Positions 17,374 through 24,000 are shown, counted from the stretch's first letter. The stretch: 24,000 nucleotides of DNA from Endomicrobiales bacterium (GCA_963794945.1 CAWCFT010000012.1:56286-80285); one strand, 5' to 3'. Notes: a model not told the origin generated them from the letters alone. Program-made: numbers and translations.

Positions 17374-18884
17374 TAGGCGAGGAAGTGAAAGGTTTCAGGG
17401 AAACAACACAGAATGTTCAGTCAAGACTCGCGGCTGAACAGGAATACATGGCGGGAGTTAAGAAAGAAGCGTTAAAAAGAGAGAAGGTGCTGTATGAACG
17501 CATAAACGCTAAAGACGATGATATCGCGAAGCTCAAGGAACAGCTTCTTGCGAAAGAAGAAATATTGTTAAAGTACAGGTCGGAAAAAGACGAAGAGGTC
17601 CGCCTGCTGCACGATAAACAGGAAGCCCTGAACAGCACGCTGGAAAGCGAAAAACTGGAAAAAGGTAAAGTAATAGAGAAGAAAGACACTGACCTCGACA
17701 GCCTGAAGAAAGCTTTGCAGGATATGGTCATACAGCTCAACCTCGAAAGGATGAAGAAAGATGAGGCCCTTGAGAATTCCCAGAAACAGATACAAAGGAT
17801 AGCCGAGCTGGAAGAAGAGCTAAAGAAAACGACGCAGAAATATGAGACCGACAGGGCTGAGTACGCGGCGTCTTATAAAGAGGAGCAGTCATCTTGGGAA
17901 AAGTACAAAAAGGAATTTATCACGAGAGAAGAAACACTGCGGCATGAGACTGAAGAACAGGTAACGCGTATCTTAAAATCTGTCGAGATAATAGAGCAGC
18001 AGCTGGCAGAAGAGCAAGGCCAGAGAAAGGCAGCCGAAGACAAACTTAAGCTAAAAGATGATGAGATACAAAAGCTTGTGGCCCAGAAAGACGAGATAAC
18101 CATAGAATGGAGAAAGATGCTTGCTGCTGAACAGGAGCTGCGTCTGAAGCGCCAATCAGAGATACTCGCGGAGTTTGACAAGGTCAAATCGGCCAGGGAA
18201 GAGGATTTCAGGATACTAAGAAACGAGATCAGTAACCTTCAGGCAGCGCTTGCCGAAGAAAATAAACTCTTTATTATGGAAAGAGAGCAGAGTAAACAGC
18301 TTATGCAGAAGGTTGCGTACCTTGAAGAAAGCAGGCAGAGCCTTATAACCCAGCTGGATTCCAAGGAAAAAACCTGGACAGCCGCCGTGGCTTCTGAACA
18401 GGAAATGTTCAGAAAACAGATGGAAGAATCAAGGAATTCCGCGGAAGCCAATGTAAAGGCCCGCGACAGCGAGATTACCCGGCTTGATGAAGACATAAAC
18501 ATGCTCAACGGCCAAATACTTGAGCTAAGGCAGAAGCTTTCGTTAGAAAAAAATGAGAACAACAACAGGCTCGAGAGGATATCAGAGTATGAGGCTCAGA
18601 TAAAAAGCCTCACCTCAAAATACAATGAGGAAAGGGCAGAATGGAGCCAGAAGTTCAAGTTTATACAAACGCAATGGGAACAGCAGCGCCAAAGCCTGCT
18701 GGATCATCAGAAGAATATAGAATCTCAACATAATAATGATATCAAATCTTACAACGAAAGAATAAAAGCCATGAGTGAGCGTATAAGTGGGCTTAGTGGC
18801 GATGCAGTCAGAGAAAGCGGTAATTTGCAAAACCAGCCAAGCGGGGAATTCAAGGGTAACGGCAAATATTATCCGCGTAAGTAA
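17346..18884 (+). CDS. Coiled-coil protein, main part (no TM, no signal peptide)
   Basis: 512 aa made almost entirely of E/K/Q/L-rich coiled-coil sequence. There is no in-frame ATG or SD near the listed TTG start. Frame 3 is open from 17289, so this is probably continuous with ORF 16999..17373. Confidence 0.6.
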   Translation: MADKKKWELIGEEVKGFRETTQNVQSRLAAEQEYMAGVKKEALKREKVLYERINAKDDDIAKLKEQLLAKEEILLKYRSEKDEEVRLLHDKQEALNSTLESEKLEKGKVIEKKDTDLDSLKKALQDMVIQLNLERMKKDEALENSQKQIQRIAELEEELKKTTQKYETDRAEYAASYKEEQSSWEKYKKEFITREETLRHETEEQVTRILKSVEIIEQQLAEEQGQRKAAEDKLKLKDDEIQKLVAQKDEITIEWRKMLAAEQELRLKRQSEILAEFDKVKSAREEDFRILRNEISNLQAALAEENKLFIMEREQSKQLMQKVAYLEESRQSLITQLDSKEKTWTAAVASEQEMFRKQMEESRNSAEANVKARDSEITRLDEDINMLNGQILELRQKLSLEKNENNNRLERISEYEAQIKSLTSKYNEERAEWSQKFKFIQTQWEQQRQSLLDHQKNIESQHNNDIKSYNERIKAMSERISGLSGDAVRESGNLQNQPSGEFKGNGKYYPRK

Positions 18885-18930
18885 AAATTATTGTAAAATT
18901 AGACATTTATATATTATTTTAGTAATTTGA

Positions 18931-18960
18931 TTGACTAGTAATTGAAGAATGTGTTATAAT
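18931..18960 (+). promoter_or_regulatory. Strong sigma70-like promoter with extended -10 (TTGACT-N18-TGtTATAAT)
   Basis: TTGACT at 18931-18936, TG at 18952-18953 and TATAAT at 18955-18960, in an AT-rich intergenic region. Confidence 0.5.
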
Positions 18961-18989
18961 ATCAGGCATAAATCAGTTTGGGGAGAAAA

Positions 18990-19112
18990 ATGTTGTCAAC
19001 TTCGGTAAACATCTTCCTTGAAATAAATACTTCAAAAACAAATATAAATAACAACGCTCCCATCCCCCATGGGAGCGTTTATTTTTTGCTCAACAGGAAT
19101 ACTAATGTATAA
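18990..19112 (+). other. 40-codon leader-like ORF or small RNA that contains the terminator hairpin
   Basis: GGGGAG at 18980-18985 lies 4 nt before ATG 18990. The ORF reads MLSTSVNIFLEINTSKTNINNNAPIPHGSVYFLLNRNTNV. It runs through the hairpin at 19056-19076 and ends at 19112, overlapping ATG 19105 of the next gene. Confidence 0.3.
19056..19087 (+). terminator. Rho-independent terminator-like hairpin
   Basis: GCTCCCAT (19056-19063), CCCCC loop, ATGGGAGC (19069-19076), followed by GTTTATTTTTT. Confidence 0.6.
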
Positions 19113-19299
19113 GATACTTGTTATCGATGATGAACCCGGTATACTTGACCTTTGCCATAGGGTTCTGACCCAGGAAGGCCACTCTGTCAGCGTTACATCC
19201 AACGGTGAAGAGGGGTTGGAGCTCATGAATAAGGAATCTTTCGATCTTGTGCTCTCAGAACCTCAGGATGCCCGGAATAGACGGGATAAAACTGCTTAA
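19105..19299 (+). CDS. Hybrid REC-GAF-histidine kinase, fragment 1 (REC N-half; frame break at 19256-19261)
   Basis: MYKILVIDDEPGILDLCHRVLTQEGHSVSVTSNGEEGLELMNKESFDLVLS, then an out-of-frame tail. The track start at 19069 lies inside the terminator stem. Confidence 0.75.
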   Translation: MYKILVIDDEPGILDLCHRVLTQEGHSVSVTSNGEEGLELMNKESFDLVLSEPQDARNRRDKTA

Positions 19300-19684
19300 A
19301 AAGATAAAGGAAACCTGTCCGCAAACTGAGGTGATAATCGTAACAGGACAAGCTACTATAGAAACTGCTGTAGAATCGCTCAAAGGCGGAGCTTTCGATT
19401 ATATACTCAAGCCTTTCAATATTAGCGAACTTATAACAGCGACACAGAAGTGCCTGGACTTCTCAAAACTAAGAAGACAGGAGAACATTTTCCGTGAAAC
19501 CACTTATCTTTACCAGCTCACGCAGGAAGCAACAAGGACGAAATCCGAAAAAGCCCTCCTTAGCTTTATTCTTGAAAGAATGGCAAAAACACTGAACGCA
19601 GAACGCCGGTTCAATATACATGATAGTCCCGAACAACGACAAACTCATCCCGATGGCAACTTTCGGAGATTTCAGCCAGGATAA
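19247..19684 (+). CDS. Hybrid REC-GAF-histidine kinase, fragment 2 (REC C-half and start of GAF; frame break at 19599-19604)
   Basis: LRMPGIDGIKLLKKIKETCPQTEVIIVTGQATIETAVESLKGGAFDYILKPF completes the REC domain, followed by a linker and ...LERMAKTLNA. Confidence 0.75.
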   Translation: MCSQNLRMPGIDGIKLLKKIKETCPQTEVIIVTGQATIETAVESLKGGAFDYILKPFNISELITATQKCLDFSKLRRQENIFRETTYLYQLTQEATRTKSEKALLSFILERMAKTLNAERRFNIHDSPEQRQTHPDGNFRRFQPG

Positions 19685-20726
19685 GGAAACTGAGATCAAG
19701 CTTGGTGAGAAGATAGCTGGCTGGGCGGCGGGTGAGCGTAAAACGCTTATTCTTCATGACGGGCTAAAGAATACAGAGCAGTTCAAGGAACTATCACCGC
19801 GGCCGGAAATAATTTCAGCTCTGGTCTCTCCGCTGCTCAATCAGGAGATGCTGTTGGGAGTTGTTTGCCTCAACAGGTTCAAATATCAGACGAATTACCA
19901 ATTTACTGAGCACGACCTGGAATCCCTTGAGATCTTCATGCTTCACTCTGCGCTAATAATAGTGGCGCTAAGGCACCAGCAGGCGTTAATAGAGCTGGAT
20001 AATTTAAAGTCTGAGTTCCTTGCGAATGTTTCGCATGAGCTGCGCACTCCTCTTATGGCTATCAGCGGGGCTCTGGAGCTTTTAATGGGTTATTCCGAAA
20101 AGCTGGTTGAAGACGAAAAAAGCAAAATGTTCCTCGACCTTATGGTTAGGAATTCAGATCGTATGAGGTACCTCGTTAACGACCTGCTTGATTTTTCAAG
20201 GATGGAGACGGGCAGGATAAAACTGGTGAAAATGCCTTTTGACCTCTGCGAAGTTTTAAAGGAAATGACGAACGACCTGGCGATGAAAGCACAGGAGAAG
20301 AATATATCGCTTACGGCCGATATTGAGCCTGGCAGCAAGATAGAGGTGCTGGCAGATAGAGAAAGGATCAAACAGGTAATCGCGAACCTTGTTACGAATG
20401 CCATAAAGTTCACTCCGGAAGGCGGGTCTGTTACCACCGGCTGCGTGCTGAAAGACCCGAAAAAGGTTGAATTTTACGTCAAAGACACGGGCAAGGGTAT
20501 ACCCGAGAACCTGTTCAAAAAGATATTTGAAAAATTCTACCAGATCGACGGCTCGGTCTCAAGAGTGCAGCAGGGGTTCGGCCTTGGGCTTGCCATTGTT
20601 AAATCGATCGTTGAATCGCACGACGGCAAGATAACGGTTGAATCTAAGCTGGGAATAGGCTCAACGTTCACAGTTAGTCTCCCGGCTGGCAATAATCACA
20701 AAAAACACAACGCCGCTCTCGAGTAG
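19620..20726 (+). CDS. Hybrid REC-GAF-histidine kinase, fragment 3 (GAF, HisKA, HATPase_c)
   Basis: GAF-like SIYMIVPNNDKLIP...GEKIAGWAAGERKTLILHD...LLGVVCLNR. H-box FLANVSHELRTPL. N-box NLVTNAIKFTPEGG. G-boxes VKDTGKGIP and GFGLGLAIVKSIVESHDG. Confidence 0.85.
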   Translation: MIVPNNDKLIPMATFGDFSQDKETEIKLGEKIAGWAAGERKTLILHDGLKNTEQFKELSPRPEIISALVSPLLNQEMLLGVVCLNRFKYQTNYQFTEHDLESLEIFMLHSALIIVALRHQQALIELDNLKSEFLANVSHELRTPLMAISGALELLMGYSEKLVEDEKSKMFLDLMVRNSDRMRYLVNDLLDFSRMETGRIKLVKMPFDLCEVLKEMTNDLAMKAQEKNISLTADIEPGSKIEVLADRERIKQVIANLVTNAIKFTPEGGSVTTGCVLKDPKKVEFYVKDTGKGIPENLFKKIFEKFYQIDGSVSRVQQGFGLGLAIVKSIVESHDGKITVESKLGIGSTFTVSLPAGNNHKKHNAALE

Positions 20727-20756
20727 TTAAAATAGATCATCACACAGGAGGTTCAA

Positions 20757-21128
20757 ATGCCGGATAAGAAAAGCAGTATCATGATCGTTGATGACGAACC
20801 GGATATTCTCATCGTTCTCGGTGAGTTCTTGAGTAAAGAGGGTTTCAAGGTTCTCACCGCTAAAGACGGCAGGCAGGCAATAGAAAAGCTTAAGGGAAAT
20901 AAAGTTGACCTAGTGCTCCTGGATATGGCCATGCCCAACCTAAACGGTATAGAGACCCTAAGGGAGCTAAAAAAACTTAAGCCCGATGTGTCGGTGATAA
21001 TGATCACAGCTTACAGGGACGCGGAAAAGGTAGTAGAGGCTTTCAGGCTGGGGGCTTACGACTGCATATTCAAACCCTTCGACCTCAAATACCTGCGCCA
21101 GGCAGTCATGGCCAAGCTTCTCGAATAA
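20757..21128 (+). CDS. Stand-alone REC (CheY-like) response regulator
   Basis: AGGAGG at 20742-20747. IMIVDDEPDIL, DLVLLDMAMPNLNG, IMITAY and YDCIFKPF. Confidence 0.88.
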   Translation: MPDKKSSIMIVDDEPDILIVLGEFLSKEGFKVLTAKDGRQAIEKLKGNKVDLVLLDMAMPNLNGIETLRELKKLKPDVSVIMITAYRDAEKVVEAFRLGAYDCIFKPFDLKYLRQAVMAKLLE

Positions 21129-21161
21129 TCCTTGCCCTTTGAGTTAACCTGTCTCATAATT

Positions 21162-24000
21162 ATGAGATATTTATTAAAAGTACTGACCATTCTATGCCTT
21201 ATTTCTCCATCCCTATTGGGTCTTACTACTCTACAGCAGGATACCGCCACCCAGTTCCAGGCCGGCACTCTCAACCAAACACAAATCCGCATCGGTTCAG
21301 CCGCAAGGCTTGAACTTCTTTTCGGGTTCTCACAGCTCCCAGATCCCAATCCCCCTGATGCGGCTGATCAAGTAGGGATGTGTTATGATCAGCAAAAAAA
21401 TATTGTTATACTCTTTGGCGGAGAGAATAATAGTTCAATTTTCCTCAATAAGACTTGGAAACTTGACCCTACTGCAACGTCAGGTGAACCATGGGCACCG
21501 ATTTATTCTTCAACCGTACCTTATAGCAGGGCTGGAGCAGGAATGGCCTCTTTGGGTAATGGCCAAATTCTAATGTTTGGCGGTGTTGGCAATTCATCTT
21601 ATTTTTTTAATGATACCTGGATTTTTGATATTGCAAGCAACAACTGGTTGTTGCAAAATCCAACAGTCTCCCCACCAGCAAGACAAGATTTTGCTATGGC
21701 GTCAGATACTACAACAGGCGAAGTGCTTCTTTTTGGAGGAACGGCAGGGGGGAGTTATTTTTCAGATACGTGGGTTTACGACACAACTAACAATTCATGG
21801 ACACAGCGCGCGCCATTAAGCAGCCCTACTGCAAGATCCGGAGCGGCTATAACATTCAACTCTGCGGATGGGAATTTTTACTTGTTTGGCGGGTATGATG
21901 GTACGCAGGAAAAACAGGATGTGTGGAAGTATAACATAAACCTTGACACTTGGGGTTTTGTTGAACAGGGTTTGCCACAGTCAAGAGAAAACGCGTGCAT
22001 GTGTTTCGATTCAAGGTATTCAAAAATCGTATTATGGGGTGGTGCACTAAACCATAGTAATAGTAGCTATGAAAATAGCAGCCAGATATGGTATTTTGAC
22101 TCCTCTGTCTCATCATGGTATACAGGAGTACCCGCAAGCACACCTATGGCAAGGCAATCTTTTGGAATGAGTTATGTTCAGTCGCTTGACAAAATATTTA
22201 TTTTTGGAGGCAGGTGTTCTGATGGGAATAGGCATAATGATTCACAATACTATGCCTATCGCTCAACAGGTGATTTTACTTCAGCGGGGCTTGATGGGCT
22301 AAATAAGACTGCACCGTTTAAATGGTTGCAGCTTGCTGTGCCTTCATATACTGAAGATGCAAACACGAGCATGCAATTTCAGGTTGCCAGTTCACCTGAC
22401 AACAATATCAACACATATTCACAATTTACAGGACCAGATGGCACGCCGGCTACTTTTTATACTATTAATACTAGCGCTGACTACATACCTTTTGACATCA
22501 CGCCTTCATCATGCACAGCTCGTTGGCTTAAATATAAAGTATATTTAGCATCAACTGACAACACGCCGCCCCATATACCGTCTATTGGTGATATAGCTCT
22601 TGCCTATAACTATACACCTTCCGCGCCAGTACTGAACAGCCCCCTTAATGGTTGTGACACGAATTACGTTTATCCCCAGTTTACATGGAATAGTGCTGTA
22701 GATTATGACTCGCCGGGAGACACATTAACCTATCAAATCCAGATTTTTCAAGCCAGTAATTTGACGGTGCCTATAATATCAACCGACTCCATTGCGGCAT
22801 TAAGCTTCTCAACAGGCGCTGCGCTAGGTTTTGGAACATACCTGTGGCAAGTACGGGCTTTTGACGGGACTATGCCGTACGGTGTTTGGAGCAGTACTTA
22901 TACGCTTTATGTTGACACCATAGCTCCGAACGCCATCTCAACGCTTACGGCGCTTGAGGGGGCAATAAACAATCAGATAGAGCTTAACTGGATAAATCCT
23001 AGCGACCAAACTCCCGCACCGGCTTATATAGCGCCCAATTATTATTATCATGTGGCCTATTCTTCTTCAGGACCGGTAACTTCAACAGGAACTCTTAGTG
23101 CATGCCAGTACCAGGACGGACAGGTATCGTCCTCATCCGGCACTCTACAAACAGCTAACGTAAACGGCCTTGCAACAGGAACAACATATTATTTTGCCGT
23201 ATTTATTCAGGATGTGGCTGGGAACTATTCAGGTATTTCCACACCTTCATCGGTGTATGCCTGCACTAATTCGTCGCCTACTGTGTCGTTAAACCCGTTG
23301 AGCCCTTCTACGAGCTGGGCTACGGGTATTCAAACCATCAGTTGGACAGCTGGCGATCCAGATATAGGTGACATGCTGACATACTCTATTTACATTTCGA
23401 GCGATGCGGGGGTGGATTTTAATATAACGATTGCTTCCGGCCTTGTGAACGGGACGACATTCTTTTCATGGAACACTGAAACAGTGGTTAACGGCAGTCA
23501 ATACAAGATAATGGTCAAGGCTCAGGATATAAGAGGTCTATATTTTCTGTTTGTAATGCCATCAACGTTCACTGTGTATAACCAGAACTATGCACCTTCG
23601 GTTGCCATAGTGTCGCCGCAAAACAATGTGGTATCATCAGGAACGCTAACAATTTCATGGGTTGTAACAGATGTAAACCTGACTGATACCCATACCTACA
23701 ATGTTTATATTTCATCAGATTCGGGTTCACATTACATCAATCTCGTTACGTCATCAACTCAAACATCTTATTCACTTAATACAAAGCTATATTCGAACGG
23801 GGCGAATTATGCGATTCAGGTTACAGCCACAGACCAGGGCGGTCTTTCCGGAGGGGCTACCGTGGCATTCATGATAGGCAACAATAATCTGTCTCCGAAC
23901 GCTTTTTCGCTTCTTGCTCCTGCTAACGGCAGCGCTACATCTCCTCTGAGCCTTGTGTTTTCATGGCAAAATAACGGAGCGCCGAATCCTTCGGATACGC
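21162..24000 (+). CDS. Large secreted Kelch-repeat / Ig-FN3-like repeat surface protein, 3' end outside window (not in the ORF track)
   Basis: I translated frame 3 codon by codon from ATG 21162 to 23999 and found no stop (946 codons). Signal peptide MRYLLKVLTILCLISPSLLGL. Six Kelch-like blades (IVILFGG, ILMFGG, VLLFGG, FYLFGG, IVLWGG, IFIFGG, each followed by a W-x-F/Y-D strand). FN3/Ig-like modules follow from about 22612. Confidence 0.85.
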   Translation, partial: MRYLLKVLTILCLISPSLLGLTTLQQDTATQFQAGTLNQTQIRIGSAARLELLFGFSQLPDPNPPDAADQVGMCYDQQKNIVILFGGENNSSIFLNKTWKLDPTATSGEPWAPIYSSTVPYSRAGAGMASLGNGQILMFGGVGNSSYFFNDTWIFDIASNNWLLQNPTVSPPARQDFAMASDTTTGEVLLFGGTAGGSYFSDTWVYDTTNNSWTQRAPLSSPTARSGAAITFNSADGNFYLFGGYDGTQEKQDVWKYNINLDTWGFVEQGLPQSRENACMCFDSRYSKIVLWGGALNHSNSSYENSSQIWYFDSSVSSWYTGVPASTPMARQSFGMSYVQSLDKIFIFGGRCSDGNRHNDSQYYAYRSTGDFTSAGLDGLNKTAPFKWLQLAVPSYTEDANTSMQFQVASSPDNNINTYSQFTGPDGTPATFYTINTSADYIPFDITPSSCTARWLKYKVYLASTDNTPPHIPSIGDIALAYNYTPSAPVLNSPLNGCDTNYVYPQFTWNSAVDYDSPGDTLTYQIQIFQASNLTVPIISTDSIAALSFSTGAALGFGTYLWQVRAFDGTMPYGVWSSTYTLYVDTIAPNAISTLTALEGAINNQIELNWINPSDQTPAPAYIAPNYYYHVAYSSSGPVTSTGTLSACQYQDGQVSSSSGTLQTANVNGLATGTTYYFAVFIQDVAGNYSGISTPSSVYACTNSSPTVSLNPLSPSTSWATGIQTISWTAGDPDIGDMLTYSIYISSDAGVDFNITIASGLVNGTTFFSWNTETVVNGSQYKIMVKAQDIRGLYFLFVMPSTFTVYNQNYAPSVAIVSPQNNVVSSGTLTISWVVTDVNLTDTHTYNVYISSDSGSHYINLVTSSTQTSYSLNTKLYSNGANYAIQVTATDQGGLSGGATVAFMIGNNNLSPNAFSLLAPANGSATSPLSLVFSWQNNGAPNPSDT

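Noticed and set aside
14723-18884. Zorya-type anti-phage system (MotA/MotB-like proteins plus a long coiled coil)
   Set aside because: MotA here is of ordinary stator size (about 256 aa) with no fused tail. The coiled coil is a separate gene behind its own promoter-like element. No ZorC/D/E-like nuclease or helicase genes are present.
19069-19104. ATG 19069 as the start of the response-regulator ORF
   Set aside because: It lies in the 3' arm of the terminator hairpin. The REC domain begins at MYKILVIDDEPG (ATG 19105).
3937-19604. Programmed +1 frameshifting or quadruplet (GAAC = Asp) decoding at CAGAAC
   Set aside because: The same NCA GAA C context is decoded conventionally at 7896, 11282 (TsaD GGHTEL), 13625 and 15363. 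An identical 11-mer is in frame in LarC but broken in MotB2. One case (ctp, 9236-9241) has the motif on the non-coding strand. No common downstream stop or stimulatory structure is visible.
21153-21166. 14 bp palindrome CTCATAATTATGAG overlapping the Kelch-gene ATG
   Set aside because: It is AT-rich and would form only a 5 bp stem with a 4 nt loop. It is too weak and too short to argue for regulation without conservation data.
235-22143. All minus-strand ORFs in the track (e.g. 12073..12693 206 aa, 16290..16817 175 aa, 10240..10722 160 aa, 14695..15129 144 aa, 1681..2091, 21856..22143)
   Set aside because: Each lies entirely inside a + strand gene with recognisable family motifs. Their translations are low-complexity, Ser/Phe/Leu/Cys-rich shadow sequences with no motifs, SD sites or signal peptides.
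21385-22548. Plus-strand ORFs 21385..21573, 21577..21819 and 22333..22548
   Set aside because: They are alternative frames inside the uninterrupted 21162..24000 Kelch ORF, and their translations have no protein-like features.
21162-22600. Lower GC of the Kelch region as evidence of horizontal acquisition
   Set aside because: This is only an eyeball estimate from a few 60 nt lines. The Asn/Ser/Thr/Tyr-rich composition of the protein could explain it. No flanking mobile-element genes, tRNA or direct repeats were seen.
1-24000. CRISPR arrays, tRNA/rRNA genes, IS elements or integrases
   Set aside because: I saw no regularly spaced direct repeats, cloverleaf-like conserved tRNA motifs, rRNA-like stretches or transposase/integrase-like ORFs on either strand.

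Overview
All credible genes in this 24 kb window lie on the + strand, about 21 genes, many with overlapping stop/start codons (TAATG, ATGA, GTGA). The minus-strand ORFs in the track look like shadows of + strand genes.

Gene order:
- REC response regulator (5' partial)
- PorV/PorQ-like outer-membrane barrel fused to TPR repeats
- GalT-type hexose-1-P uridylyltransferase
- large polytopic membrane protein, then the pyruvyl transferase CsaB
- FtsX-like protein, EnvC-like degenerate LytM activator, S41 C-terminal processing peptidase, YibQ-type divergent polysaccharide deacetylase
- TsaD, Dus, LarB, LarC
- MotA, MotB, a second MotB, and a roughly 650 aa coiled-coil protein
- a short promoter-SD-ORF-terminator module
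- REC-GAF-histidine kinase hybrid, then a stand-alone REC
- a secreted protein of more than 946 aa (six Kelch-like blades, then Ig/FN3-like modules). It runs off the 3' end and is missing from the supplied ORF track.

I found no tRNA/rRNA, CRISPR array, transposase or recognisable defence island.

The most striking signal is that 8 genes are split by 10-11 reading-frame breaks. Seven of these breaks sit exactly on the hexamer CAGAAC (GTTCTG). Each is repaired by deleting one A, giving GAC (Asp) or TCT (Ser) codons, several of them at catalytic or conserved residues. Identical hexamers elsewhere are read in frame. I therefore read this as a context-specific single-base insertion, either a systematic consensus error (possibly linked to DNA modification) or a mutational hotspot, and not as recoding.

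Functional calls rest on motif recognition by eye. No database search was possible.
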